This document shows positions 1 through 10,136 of a DNA stretch of 32,000 bases, piece by piece. Made by a program: the position numbers and the translations under genes. This DNA comes from Candidatus Saccharimonadota bacterium (GTDB lineage Bacteria; Pseudomonadota; Alphaproteobacteria; Rickettsiales; Anaplasmataceae), in the NCBI RefSeq assembly GCF_013365475.1, contig NZ_CP046579.1:450001-482000 (forward strand). The letters run 5' to 3'. Below the pieces are notes generated by a model. It was not told the origin of the DNA, did no database searches, and saw nothing but the letters and a program-made list of their open reading frames with translations. Numbering within the stretch: position 1 is the first letter of the stretch; each line of letters starts with the position of its first letter.

Positions 1-268
1 TCTTAAAATAGTGTGTGATGTTGATTTGCAAGGGTATCAGATAAAACATATCTGCAAGGTTTTTACCTTTTTATTTAGTAAGTTTTTTGATCTCTATAGT
101 TAGATTAATTCAAGAACTGTCCAACAAACAAACTCAGCGTATGGAATAACAGACTTACATTTCTTTTTAGTGAATTGTGTTCTTGATCTATTTGTATGGT
201 AAAAAGAGAAAATGCAATGCTAGGATAGTTAATATCTCTTTGTAAAGAGGTAGATGAGAAACTTATTA

Positions 269-1699
269 TCAAAAGATTAAAATCTTGATCATTAATACTA
301 TAATTATAGACCATAACAAAAAGTAAGTCTTTGCACTTGATTTAAGTTTAACTTGAATATTCTCTAATTTTTGATCAGCTATTAAATTTAATTTTTCTAT
401 AAGGTTGAATACTTCTTGAATTGCTTTTACAGGGTAAGAAGTTCTTATTTTTTCTCTATAATCTGTTTTATTTTTATGTTGATTCTTTATGCATGATTCA
501 ACTACCTTCCAAATATTGATTTCTGGGCAGGTTTTTCTGCAGATTCCTTCTAGCAAAATCATAGTTTTCTGCAAAAGTAACAATTGTGTTTGAACCTTCA
601 TATTAAAATCACTAGTTATTTTGAATAACTGGGCAAGTAAATTAGCAAAAGAGATTTTCTGTATAGGTTGCCCTATAATAGGTTCACCTATTGCCCTACA
701 TGCTGCAACAAAATTTTTGTGTTGTGGGGAAACATAGCCAGCTCTAAAATGTATCTTTGCAACATGGTCATAATTCCGATTTAAAAATCCTCTTAGTATC
801 TCTACCACACAGTAACACGTTTCGCGATCTATTCGACCCATGATTCCAAAATCTAGAGCAATAATATTGTTGTTAATATCGACCATTAGATTCCCAGGAT
901 GCATGTCTGCATGGAAGAAGCAGTCTCTATATACTTGATTACAAAATGATTCTATAAGATTGACAGCTACCTGTTTACGATTATTTAGTTTCTCAACTTC
1001 GTATATTGGTGTTGCTTCTACCCATTCTGATGTTAAAACCTTCTTCGAAGTCCTGTGCCAATCTACTTCCGGTACATAGAAGCCTCTATCATCTCTTGTA
1101 TTTTCTCTCAATTCTGAAGAATGAGCAGCTTCAAAACGTAGATCAAGCTCTAATCGACAGATCTCAGCGAAAGTTTTAACTAACTCAATCGGTTTTAATC
1201 TCTTTGATTTTTTGCTAAACCTCTCTATAATTCCTGCAAGCCAAAAAAGCATTTTTATATCTTTCGAGAATATTTCTTCAATATTTGGCCTTAAGATCTT
1301 TACTGCAACTTTTTTACCTTCAGTTGTAGTCGCTCTATGTACTTGAGAAATTGAGGCAGCTGCAATTGGATCCTCAGAAAAATTTAAAAAAATATCGCTT
1401 AGTTTGCAATTAAATTCGCTCTCTATAGTTCTAATTGCTATCTTGTGTGAAAATGGTGGTAATCTATCACATATCAGCAGCAAGTTATCCGTTATATCTT
1501 CGCTTAAAATATCTGTGCGTGATGAAATAGATTGTCCAAATTTAATAAAAACTGGACCTAACTTTTCAAAAGCACACTTTAATTTATAGCCACGTATTTT
1601 ATTTATTGACCTCTGCGAGGTAGAAAATAAACTGCATGATATCCTATAACGGATTAATATCCAAGTTATATATATAAGGCGCAAAATGTTACAAATCAT
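269..1699 (-). CDS. ubiB: UbiB/ABC1-family atypical kinase (ubiquinone biosynthesis protein UbiB)
   Basis: 476-aa ORF with ABC1/UbiB-type motifs 'KLGPVFIKFGQSISSRTDIL', 'AAASISQVH', 'FHADMHPGNL' and 'ALDFGIMG'. C-terminal hydrophobic helix. Its start overlaps the znuC stop by 4 nt (ATGA), suggesting co-transcription. Confidence 0.9.
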   Translation of the reverse strand: MICNILRLIYITWILIRYRISCSLFSTSQRSINKIRGYKLKCAFEKLGPVFIKFGQSISSRTDILSEDITDNLLLICDRLPPFSHKIAIRTIESEFNCKLSDIFLNFSEDPIAAASISQVHRATTTEGKKVAVKILRPNIEEIFSKDIKMLFWLAGIIERFSKKSKRLKPIELVKTFAEICRLELDLRFEAAHSSELRENTRDDRGFYVPEVDWHRTSKKVLTSEWVEATPIYEVEKLNNRKQVAVNLIESFCNQVYRDCFFHADMHPGNLMVDINNNIIALDFGIMGRIDRETCYCVVEILRGFLNRNYDHVAKIHFRAGYVSPQHKNFVAACRAIGEPIIGQPIQKISFANLLAQLFKITSDFNMKVQTQLLLLQKTMILLEGICRKTCPEINIWKVVESCIKNQHKNKTDYREKIRTSYPVKAIQEVFNLIEKLNLIADQKLENIQVKLKSSAKTYFLLWSIIIVLMIKILIF

Positions 1700-2436
1700 T
1701 TTGCTATATAGCTACTAAATATTTCGCTTAAAGTCTTATTCTTCATAATTTCACCAGGTTTCCCTTGGTAATATATAATATGGTTTATACAAACTATGTA
1801 ATCTGAACATGGCACTATGGATCCTAAATCATGAGATGTCATGAGGATTGAAATCGATCTTTTTTTTGCTATTTTATCTATGATATCGTAGAACTTGGCT
1901 CGAGCATTAATGTCCATTGCACTAACTGGTTCATCTAAGATAATCAAATCTGGTTCTGCGATTAAGCATCGTGCAAGTAATAATAGTTGTGTCTGCCCTG
2001 CAGAAATTTCCAATACCTGACTTTTTAAAATATTTCTAATACCAACTAATCCTACTACTTCTGTGAGAAGTGATTGATTTTTCTCCAATTTTTTGGAAAA
2101 ACTGTTTAAAAGGAGGTATTCAACTGTTATTGGCATCAAATTGCTAATGCTAAAATTTTGTGGCATATAACTAATTTTTATGTCATCAGCAAACACAACA
2201 TTACCAGTAGAGTTCTTATTTATACCAGCAACTACCTTAAGTAGTGATGTTTTACCTCCACCATTTGGACCAAGTATAGTAACTACATCTCCTTTTTTTA
2301 TTGATAAGTTGATACCATCAAGAACTTTCTTATTATCATATACAAGAGCAAGGTTTTCTATTTTTAGAATACTACTATTGACAGTGTTTAACTTTTTGAC
2401 GAAACTTAACTCTTTTCCGATATTTTCATGAGACAT
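1696..2436 (-). CDS. znuC: Metal (Zn/Mn-type) ABC transporter ATP-binding protein
   Basis: 246-aa ORF. Walker A 'GPNGGGKTS', ABC signature 'ISAGQTQ', Walker B 'LIILDEP', H-loop 'TSHDL'. Divergently paired with a ZnuA/TroA-like binding protein. Confidence 0.85.
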   Translation of the reverse strand: MSHENIGKELSFVKKLNTVNSSILKIENLALVYDNKKVLDGINLSIKKGDVVTILGPNGGGKTSLLKVVAGINKNSTGNVVFADDIKISYMPQNFSISNLMPITVEYLLLNSFSKKLEKNQSLLTEVVGLVGIRNILKSQVLEISAGQTQLLLLARCLIAEPDLIILDEPVSAMDINARAKFYDIIDKIAKKRSISILMTSHDLGSIVPCSDYIVCINHIIYYQGKPGEIMKNKTLSEIFSSYIAK

Positions 2437-3312
2437 TTACTGGCTTCTTTTCTATTGCTTTTGGTTACACTATACCATAGTAGTGCTTTCTCATCCAATC
2501 TAAAAGTTGTAGCTACAATAAAGCCTATACATTCACTTGTAGCTTCTGTTACAGATAAAATCTTAGAGCCAGTTTTATTAGATTATACAATGTCTGCACA
2601 CGATTACATATTAAAACCCTCTGACGCGAGTAGTTTGGAATCAGGTGATATCATATTTTATGTTGATGATAACCTAGAAACCTTTGTTAAAGCCTTTGCT
2701 AAGAATAATAAAAAACTTGTGCAGTTATCGAAAATAGTTAATCTACTTCCTGCTCGTCCACATTCATTTTCAAAGCATATTCTTCATATTCAAGAAGGAA
2801 AAGATCTGCATATTTGGCTTAGCCTTGAAAATGCAAAAAACATGATACACTTTATCAGTGCAACACTATCTGATGTAGATAAGAAGAATGCGCATTGGTA
2901 CCATTATAATGGAGAAAAGGCTATAAAGAGAATAGATCAAGAGATAGAAAAGGTTGCAAATGAATTAAGTGACTTTAAAAATAGAAAATACATAGTTACT
3001 CACGATGCTTACCAATACTTTGAAAAGTATTTTGGCTTAAATTATCCAAGTGTAATCTTATCTATAGAAGAAGATACTTATATAGGAATGAAAAGTTTAA
3101 TGAAATTAAAAAAAATAATGGAAAAAGAAAATATTAAATGTATAATTTCCCCTTCACGAGAAGATAGTATACAGCCTAGGTCTTTTTTAAATGATATAAG
3201 AACTGTAATTCTTGACCCTATTGGATCAGATATAGAACCTGGAAAGGACGCGTATCTAGCTATAATAAATAGCATCACACAAAGCTTCAAGTCTTGTTTT
3301 ATCGAGAAATAA
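2428..3312 (+). CDS. znuA: Periplasmic metal-binding protein, ZnuA/TroA (cluster 9) family
   Basis: 294-aa ORF. N-terminal signal peptide 'MRHLLASFLLLLVTLYHSSAFS'. Family-typical 'DLHIWLS' and 'THDAYQYFEKYFGL' motifs. Adjacent to znuC. Confidence 0.8.
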   Translation: MRHLLASFLLLLVTLYHSSAFSSNLKVVATIKPIHSLVASVTDKILEPVLLDYTMSAHDYILKPSDASSLESGDIIFYVDDNLETFVKAFAKNNKKLVQLSKIVNLLPARPHSFSKHILHIQEGKDLHIWLSLENAKNMIHFISATLSDVDKKNAHWYHYNGEKAIKRIDQEIEKVANELSDFKNRKYIVTHDAYQYFEKYFGLNYPSVILSIEEDTYIGMKSLMKLKKIMEKENIKCIISPSREDSIQPRSFLNDIRTVILDPIGSDIEPGKDAYLAIINSITQSFKSCFIEK

Positions 3313-3554
3313 ACCTTAGTTAGCAAAGATTGTGAATACCTGTTAAAAACGAGGTCATAATGTACAAGCATTAAAGAATTGAGTGACACTTATAAAGTGA
3401 AGAATATCACCTAATAGAGCTTGCTGAGCTGGAATCAATTCATTGCTATACCTAATCTGCTTCATGAATATCTTACATACTACCTTATTTGTTTTACTTC
3501 AATGTTTTCCTAAAAAGACAAGATTATATGATGGAGCAGCTTTGTTCAGTCGAC

Positions 3555-3980
3555 TTAAGGCCACATTAGTTCATATTTAGCGAAAAAGAAAGGTATTTCT
3601 CTGTAAGCATCTTCTAGACTACCTGAGCCATGAACTCTGTTTTCACTAATATTGCCAGCAAAATCACCTCTAATTGTACCTTTATCTGCTTGTTTTGGAT
3701 CTGTGGCTCCCATAATTTGCCTGTACTTATTTACTGCACTTTCACCGGCTAAAACTTGGACTATTATAGGATCAGAAACCATAAATTCTACTAGCTCCTC
3801 AAAAAAAGGCCTATCTTTATGAGCTTCATAAAGAAATTCTGCCTGTCTTTTTGTTAGTAACATCATTTTTTGCCCTATAATTTTTAGCCCAGATTTTTCG
3901 ATATAGGAATTTATATTACCTGTAATACTGTTTCTTACTGCATCAGGTTTTAATATCGAAAGCGTTTTCTCGATTGCCAT
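3555..3980 (-). CDS. ndk: Nucleoside diphosphate kinase
   Basis: 141-aa ORF starting '[15 protein letters not shown]', with 'GATDP..A..GTIRGDF' and the active-site His context 'NRVHGSGS'. Confidence 0.95.
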   Translation of the reverse strand: MAIEKTLSILKPDAVRNSITGNINSYIEKSGLKIIGQKMMLLTKRQAEFLYEAHKDRPFFEELVEFMVSDPIIVQVLAGESAVNKYRQIMGATDPKQADKGTIRGDFAGNISENRVHGSGSLEDAYREIPFFFAKYELMWP

Positions 3981-4100
3981 GTTATTTTTTCATATAGATA
4001 GGATTAGGATATTTATGGACTTATTTTATTACTAATTTTTATTTTATCAAGACTGTTTTTCATTTATAGTAAAAAATAAACTATTAATAGAGTATACTGC

Positions 4101-4871
4101 ATGAGCAAGTGTTGTTGTAATGATAAGCAAGGTAAGTCCATTAATAGGCAGCAATCTAAAATTGGCATTACCGCTGAAAAAATTGTCAATGACTTGAAGT
4201 CATCAATTTTTTGTGGGATAAAAGGCTTCTTAACTTTTAACTTGGCTTTTTTGAGCTATTTAGAATGTAGTTTGCGTCACAATGCAAAATTGCAGGGTAG
4301 TGCTGCTTTCGCAATGAAAAGTAATGCTATTCCATTCCTTGAGATGCTAATTATAACTCCGCTTGTTTGTTTCGTACTACCAGCTATGATAGGTAATATA
4401 AGTATTATGAAGCGTATACTTATATGTGCTATATCAATGATAGTACCATGTTTCCTTGTAAGGAATTTTTATGTGCGTGAGAAGTTACTAGAGAAAATTA
4501 CTGATTATAGTAAAAAAACAGTAGAGACAGAATTTAAGGAAAGCACTATAAAATTTCCTATCTTCTATCAAAAAAGAGAGTACAACGAGCCAAGCAATAC
4601 TTCCTTTTTTGTTGAGTCCTTAATTTTCCCTCTCAAATTCTCTCAAAGTTGCTTCATGCTATCCTTAGCTACTGTTGAGCTTCTTGAGGTAATACCAATT
4701 TTTTTTGTTGATTTGTGTTTTGATAGAGATTCTTTTATATCTACAAGTAATAACCTTCATAGGTCTAGTAATTTATTATATGCTAGTGTAGAAAATCTAG
4801 TGCCTGTCTCTATATTTGATGGACTTGTAGCTGAGTGTGTAAGTACCTTAGCAACTTGTTGTAGTATATAG
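4101..4871 (+). CDS. Hypothetical membrane protein with cysteine clusters at both termini
   Basis: 256-aa ORF with several hydrophobic helices. N-terminus 'MSKCCCND', C-terminus 'ATCCSI'. The stop TAG (4869-4871) directly abuts the hemH GTG start (4872). No family recognised. Confidence 0.55.
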   Translation: MSKCCCNDKQGKSINRQQSKIGITAEKIVNDLKSSIFCGIKGFLTFNLAFLSYLECSLRHNAKLQGSAAFAMKSNAIPFLEMLIITPLVCFVLPAMIGNISIMKRILICAISMIVPCFLVRNFYVREKLLEKITDYSKKTVETEFKESTIKFPIFYQKREYNEPSNTSFFVESLIFPLKFSQSCFMLSLATVELLEVIPIFFVDLCFDRDSFISTSNNLHRSSNLLYASVENLVPVSIFDGLVAECVSTLATCCSI

Positions 4872-5891
4872 GTGAGAAGGGCAATTATCTTATTTAACTT
4901 TGGTGGACCTGATTCACTGAGTGATGTTCGTCCCTTTTTATTCAATCTTTTTTATGATAGAAGAATAATAAATTTACCAAATCCTTTTAGGTTCATTTTA
5001 GCAAAATTTATATCTGCAAAACGCGAAAATACTACACAAAAAATATATAAGCAAATTGGAGGGAGATCACCGATTCTAGAGAACACAAAAATGCAGGCTA
5101 AAGCGCTTGAGTATGAACTCAATAAAGCTGTATTTTATAGTTCTAGTAGTACAGTTTCAGAATCTAAAAAAGAGAATTTGGTTCCAGCATCATGTACTGA
5201 AATGCCAAAGCTAGCTAAGGTATTCATATGTGTGCGTTATTGGCATCCATTTGCTGATGAAGTTATTAAAGATGTAAAGCGATTTGATCCAGATGAGGTA
5301 ATTTTGCTACCTCTATATCCTCAATATTCAACTACTACAACTTTGTCATCTATCGATGATTGGCAGAAGAGTGCTAAAAAACATGGCTTTGAATGCAGAA
5401 CAAAGATAATTCATCATTATTATGATAATAAAGACTTTATTGAAGCTCACGCCCGCTTGGTAGCAAAGTACTATAAGCTGGCTAGTAGAATTGATAAGCC
5501 AAGAATACTATTTTCAGCACATAGTTTGCCACTAAGCATTATTGAGAAAGGTGATCCTTATGCTTTGCAAATAGAAAAAACAGTGAGATTAATAGTAAAA
5601 AAATTAAATATTAAAGCCCTTGATTGGGCAATATGTTATCAGAGCAAGATTGGACTTGTAAAATGGCTAGAACCTAGCATAAAGAGTGAACTATTGCGTG
5701 CAAAAGCTGATGGGGTACCTGTAGTTTTATCACCTGTATCTTTCGTTTCTGAGCATTCAGAAACACTTGTTGAACTTGACATAGAGTATAAAGCACTAAT
5801 CAATAGTGGATGTTACTTTCGTGTGCCAACTCTCAGTACCGATTCTTTATTTATTAAATGTTTAGCTGATTTGTGCAGAAATAGCTTTTAA
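4872..5891 (+). CDS. hemH: Ferrochelatase
   Basis: 339-aa ORF with a GTG start. Motifs '[17 protein letters not shown]', 'RYWHPF', '[11 protein letters not shown]', 'FSAHSLP' and '[14 protein letters not shown]'. Confidence 0.93.
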   Translation: MRRAIILFNFGGPDSLSDVRPFLFNLFYDRRIINLPNPFRFILAKFISAKRENTTQKIYKQIGGRSPILENTKMQAKALEYELNKAVFYSSSSTVSESKKENLVPASCTEMPKLAKVFICVRYWHPFADEVIKDVKRFDPDEVILLPLYPQYSTTTTLSSIDDWQKSAKKHGFECRTKIIHHYYDNKDFIEAHARLVAKYYKLASRIDKPRILFSAHSLPLSIIEKGDPYALQIEKTVRLIVKKLNIKALDWAICYQSKIGLVKWLEPSIKSELLRAKADGVPVVLSPVSFVSEHSETLVELDIEYKALINSGCYFRVPTLSTDSLFIKCLADLCRNSF

Positions 5892-5967
5892 AATTGTGAT
5901 TTATAGGACTTTCCTTTTAGGATTTTTTGTGATAGAATAATAAAAAATTATTATTTCATTAGCAACT

Positions 5968-6816
5968 ATGCTAAATGAGCTAAAAAAGAAACAAAACACT
6001 TTTGAACAAAAGGTACATGATGCCTATAACCATGACATCAAAAAGATAATTTGTATCACAGCTGGCTTAACAGCCTTACTATGTAAGGTTTCACTACAAT
6101 TTTGTTGTGAATTTATTAATAATAATAGATCTAACATTCACCTTATACATGAGATTGCTCAATGGGCAAAGTTTCCGACATTCGTTCTATTAATTGCTCA
6201 TTCTGGATTCACTTTACGTGACCTAATTGAAGATTATATGGAGCCTGATGGTAAAAAAGAACTATTGAAAATAGTTGGTAAGTTAGCTGGCCTTTTAAGC
6301 AATGCTATAGAAGTGTCAATTATGTTACAAATTTTTCATCTCTTAACTGAAGGTAATGCAAACATAATAAATTATGTCCACTTAACATCAACAATTCTAT
6401 TCTTATTCATTTCAGAACCGATAAGCTGTTATTATACATGTAAAAGGCATCAAGAAGTATATAGAAAATGCCATGATAAAAGTGATACTAACAAATTTGT
6501 TGAATCTAAGAAAGAACTTTCTGAGTGTAAGAAAGATCTTATCGTTAGCATATTAACTTTGTCATTGGGTTTATTAAACTTCATATTTAAAAGGATTGAT
6601 ATTGCAGCTACACCTATAAACCTGGGTAATGGTATAGTTTATAGTTTCAATTTAAGTGTGACAGTCAGTATAATATGTAGTGCAGTATTGCTGTTAGTCT
6701 GGCTTGATAAATTATTCAATCAACCTACAAGTGATGATCTTTCTACTGGACTTAATAGAGCTCATCATACACAGCTTAGTAGTAATTTGCCAAATGGGCA
6801 TACTCTATCTATATAG
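5968..6816 (+). CDS. Hypothetical multi-pass membrane protein
   Basis: 282-aa ORF with at least 5 hydrophobic segments. A soluble loop carries 'SCYYTCKRHQEVYRKCHDK...ECKK'. No family recognised. Confidence 0.5.
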   Translation: MLNELKKKQNTFEQKVHDAYNHDIKKIICITAGLTALLCKVSLQFCCEFINNNRSNIHLIHEIAQWAKFPTFVLLIAHSGFTLRDLIEDYMEPDGKKELLKIVGKLAGLLSNAIEVSIMLQIFHLLTEGNANIINYVHLTSTILFLFISEPISCYYTCKRHQEVYRKCHDKSDTNKFVESKKELSECKKDLIVSILTLSLGLLNFIFKRIDIAATPINLGNGIVYSFNLSVTVSIICSAVLLLVWLDKLFNQPTSDDLSTGLNRAHHTQLSSNLPNGHTLSI

Positions 6817-6825
6817 AGTGAGAAA

Positions 6826-7989
6826 TTAAATGTGAAAAGACCTCATTTCTACTGCCAATGCTAGCACCGCTAGTTTACTAACTATATTCCACAGTGGTAG
6901 GTTTTTGTTTTCTTCTACAATTTGGCTAATATCGTAAAATTCACAATCAGAAGAATTTAAGCTGGAATATATACTTCTTTTACTATTGCATCGGTACAGA
7001 TAGCATGTTGGTGTATTTCCTATATAGTATATTAAAGGTTCTGCAGGTCTGTGATCAAGTGCATCTATAGTTGGTACACCTTCTTGTATGATAACGCTAT
7101 TGATTTCTATTCCATCCTTTATCTTTTTCATTCTATGACGCTTTTTTTTATTGAGGGTTAATATTTCTTCTCCACTTATTGCTGTTATAATGCCCATTCC
7201 ATATGTTCCGTTATTTGCCTTGATAAAAACATAAGGCTGAGTTTTTATTTTATATTCCTCATATTTTTTCTGTACTAGAGACAACACTTGGTCAACTTTA
7301 GTTGCAACTGTTTCTAGCGATGAAGCATCATCAAAATAGACTTCCTTACAGCTTTTTGTAAATGTAGAGATAAGCCATGGGTCTATTTTAAATTCGCTAC
7401 AAAATTCAGATACTAACTCTTGATAAATTTCAAAGTATCGAAATTTTTTTCTACTATGCCAGCCGTATAGTGGGCTCGGTACTGTTTCTTGTTTTACATT
7501 TTCTAATACTTCTGGAATGTGGCTTGTCATATCACGATTTAGTACAACAACATCTGGCACAAATCCTGAAGTTGTCTTTAATAAAAAGTTGTCCCTTACA
7601 ATAATTTCGTATGTCTCTATTAGATTAGATGCTTCGCTGTGAAAGAGTCCAATTTTTGTTTCAAAACCTGCTAGTCGTAGTATCTTTTCTATGGCAAATA
7701 CATTTTCTATATACATTTTATTCCTTGTATAGTTTTCTGGTATTACAAGAGTTTTTTTATATCGTTTTTTTTTAAAGTAGCTTTTTATCAATCTTGCAGC
7801 TGTTGTTTTTGAATGCTCACTTAAATTATTAAACCCTGCAGGGAATAAATTGGCATCTATTGGAGCAATTTTGTAACCAGAGTTTCTAAGGTCTAAAGAG
7901 CTATAAAATGGTAATGCAAAGTCATTAAATTTTGTTTCAAACCAATCATTTACATTTTTTTCTAAACTTAGATGAATTATGTTTTGCAT
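6826..7989 (-). CDS. gshA: Probable glutamate--cysteine ligase (GshA, ATP-grasp-like proteobacterial type)
   Basis: 387-aa ORF. 'LDLRNSGYKIAPIDANLFPAGFNNL' and 'VFIKANNGTYGMGII' resemble the GshA (Pfam GshA-type) family as I recall it. Assignment is from memory only. Confidence 0.55.
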   Translation of the reverse strand: MQNIIHLSLEKNVNDWFETKFNDFALPFYSSLDLRNSGYKIAPIDANLFPAGFNNLSEHSKTTAARLIKSYFKKKRYKKTLVIPENYTRNKMYIENVFAIEKILRLAGFETKIGLFHSEASNLIETYEIIVRDNFLLKTTSGFVPDVVVLNRDMTSHIPEVLENVKQETVPSPLYGWHSRKKFRYFEIYQELVSEFCSEFKIDPWLISTFTKSCKEVYFDDASSLETVATKVDQVLSLVQKKYEEYKIKTQPYVFIKANNGTYGMGIITAISGEEILTLNKKKRHRMKKIKDGIEINSVIIQEGVPTIDALDHRPAEPLIYYIGNTPTCYLYRCNSKRSIYSSLNSSDCEFYDISQIVEENKNLPLWNIVSKLAVLALAVEMRSFHI

Positions 7990-8089
7990 CTACACTTTAA
8001 ATGTTATAAGGAAAGTACTATATTATACTCTATAGCTAAACATATTTAACTGATTATTGCAGTAGGGTTACTATTTAGAGTTACAAAAA

Positions 8090-8644
8090 ATGATTCAATA
8101 TGACAGCAATAAAATGCTTGGGACTACTATACTGTCAATTAGAAGGAATAAAAGTGTAGTAATAATAGGTGATGGTCAGGTTTCACTAGGGCACACCATT
8201 ATAAAGTCACGAGCGAAGAAAGTCAGGTGTCTTTCTGGTGATTCTGTGATTGCTGGATTTGCTGGAGCAACAGCTGATGCATTTACTCTCTTTGAGAGAC
8301 TAGAATCAAAACTTGACAAGCATCCAGGACAGCTAATGAGAGCATGTGTTGAGCTTGCAAAAGATTGGAGGATGGATAAATACTTAAGAAAATTAGAAGC
8401 TATGATGATAGTTGCAGATAAATCCATTTCATTAGTAATTACAGGAATGGGTGATGTACTTGAGCCTGAGGATGGAATCGCAGCTATTGGTTCTGGAGGG
8501 AATTTCGCTCTGTCTGCAGCAAGAGCGTTAGTTGAAGTTAAAGATATGTCAATAGAGGAGGTTGCGAAAAGGGCTATGAAAATAGCAGCTGATATATGTG
8601 TTTATACAAATCATAATATAGTTATTGAAAAAATAGAGGGGTAA
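8090..8644 (+). CDS. hslV: ATP-dependent protease subunit HslV
   Basis: 184-aa ORF. 'GTTILSIRR' (catalytic Thr region), 'GDGQVSLG', '[14 protein letters not shown]'. Immediately followed by hslU. Confidence 0.95.
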   Translation: MIQYDSNKMLGTTILSIRRNKSVVIIGDGQVSLGHTIIKSRAKKVRCLSGDSVIAGFAGATADAFTLFERLESKLDKHPGQLMRACVELAKDWRMDKYLRKLEAMMIVADKSISLVITGMGDVLEPEDGIAAIGSGGNFALSAARALVEVKDMSIEEVAKRAMKIAADICVYTNHNIVIEKIEG

Positions 8645-8645
8645 T

Positions 8646-10136
8646 ATGTCTTCTAAACAAAAATTTTTATGCACTAATTTCTCCAATCAATCAGCAACTT
8701 TTTCAGAAGGACAGCATTATAATAGTGATACATACAACGAGAAAAGCGGCTCTTGTAAAGATGTCAAAAATAGCTGTGATTTGAATGATAGCAGTGCTCA
8801 AGTCAATAATGGTAAACAAATTTTGTTAGATGATCTACCACCACAAAAGATAGTTAAAGAGCTGAATAGATTTATAATTGGACAAAATGATGCAAAACGT
8901 GCTGTTGCTATTGCACTCAGGAACCGTTGGCGTCGTAACAAAGTTCCTGTCCCTTTGCGTGATGAAATCATACCTAAAAATATACTGATGATTGGTCATA
9001 CAGGTGTTGGTAAAACTGAAATGGCTCGTCGCCTAGCGAAGCTTGCTGGTGCACCGTTTATAAAAGTTGAAGCGACGAAATTTACTGAAATAGGGTATGT
9101 TGGGCGTGATGTTGACTCAATAATACGTGATTTAGTTGATGCAGCAATAGTTTTAGTCAAAGAAAAGGCACGTAAAGCTTTGGCTAAAAAAGCTTTAGAT
9201 TTAGCTGAGAAGATAATAGTTAATTCCATGGTTGGTGAAGATGCAACTGAAGAAAATAAAGAGATTTTTAGAAAAAGATTGAGAAATAAAGAACTTGAAG
9301 ATGGAGAAGTTTCCATAGATGTAAAAGAAAGTAAGAGCGTATTACCAGCTTTTGATATACCAGGTGTACCAGGTGGGCAAGTTGGTATAGTAAATATAAC
9401 AGAATTAATGGGTAAAATGTTTAATGGTGGTAAAAAAACAAAAACTATTACAGTTAAAGTGAAAGAGGCACGTAAAATATTGATCAATGAAGAAAGTGAA
9501 AGGTTAATAGATGAAGATAAGATAATCAAAGAGGCTCTTGATCTTGTTAGTAATGAAGGTATAGTGTTTTTAGATGAAATAGACAAGATAGCAGCATGTA
9601 CAGAAGTAAAAGGTGAAGTCAATAGAGAAGGGGTACAACGTGATTTATTACCACTACTTGAAGGGACAACCGTTTCAACTAAATATGGGCATGTAAAAAC
9701 AGATTACATATTATTTATTGCATCTGGTGCTTTTCATCAATCTAAACCATCTGATCTCTTACCGGAATTACAGGGCAGATTGCCAATTAGAGTGGAACTT
9801 AAGGCACTAACTCAGAAGGATCTAATAAGAATACTAAAGGAACCAGAATCTAGCTTGTTGAAACAATATATAGCTCTGATGAAGACGGAGAACGTAACGC
9901 TTGAGTTTACTGATGATGGCATTGAGACTATAGCTGAAATAGCGTTTACAGTTAATAGGCAAGTAGAAAATATAGGTGCAAGAAGGCTACATACTGTCAT
10001 GGAGAAGCTTTTGGATGAGATAAGTTTTACCTCCTCTGAAAAAAGTGGTGAAAAATTTGTCATAAACAGCGAGTATGTGAAAGATAGGCTTGGATCAATT
10101 TCAAAGCAACTTGATTTATCTAAGTTTATACTTTAG
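8646..10136 (+). CDS. hslU: ATP-dependent protease ATPase subunit HslU, with about 60-aa N-terminal extension
   Basis: 496-aa ORF. '[21 protein letters not shown]', Walker A '[15 protein letters not shown]', Walker B '[11 protein letters not shown]', '[13 protein letters not shown]'. The ATG lies 1 nt after the hslV stop. Confidence 0.93.
   Translation: MSSKQKFLCTNFSNQSATFSEGQHYNSDTYNEKSGSCKDVKNSCDLNDSSAQVNNGKQILLDDLPPQKIVKELNRFIIGQNDAKRAVAIALRNRWRRNKVPVPLRDEIIPKNILMIGHTGVGKTEMARRLAKLAGAPFIKVEATKFTEIGYVGRDVDSIIRDLVDAAIVLVKEKARKALAKKALDLAEKIIVNSMVGEDATEENKEIFRKRLRNKELEDGEVSIDVKESKSVLPAFDIPGVPGGQVGIVNITELMGKMFNGGKKTKTITVKVKEARKILINEESERLIDEDKIIKEALDLVSNEGIVFLDEIDKIAACTEVKGEVNREGVQRDLLPLLEGTTVSTKYGHVKTDYILFIASGAFHQSKPSDLLPELQGRLPIRVELKALTQKDLIRILKEPESSLLKQYIALMKTENVTLEFTDDGIETIAEIAFTVNRQVENIGARRLHTVMEKLLDEISFTSSEKSGEKFVINSEYVKDRLGSISKQLDLSKFIL

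Noticed and set aside
105-314. 69-aa minus-strand ORF at the left edge, overlapping the ubiB 3' end.
   Set aside because: Short, no motifs, overlaps the end of ubiB, and has no translation signal.
8996-9622. 208-aa ORF antisense to hslU. Similar antisense ORFs occur at 8176-8427, 9812-10063, 12133-12387, 12384-12758, 19292-19603, 29916-30278 and 30429-30740.
   Set aside because: Each lies wholly inside a confidently identified or better-supported gene on the opposite strand. Their S/L/F/I-rich composition is what the antisense of K/E/N-rich coding sequence produces, and none has a recognisable motif.
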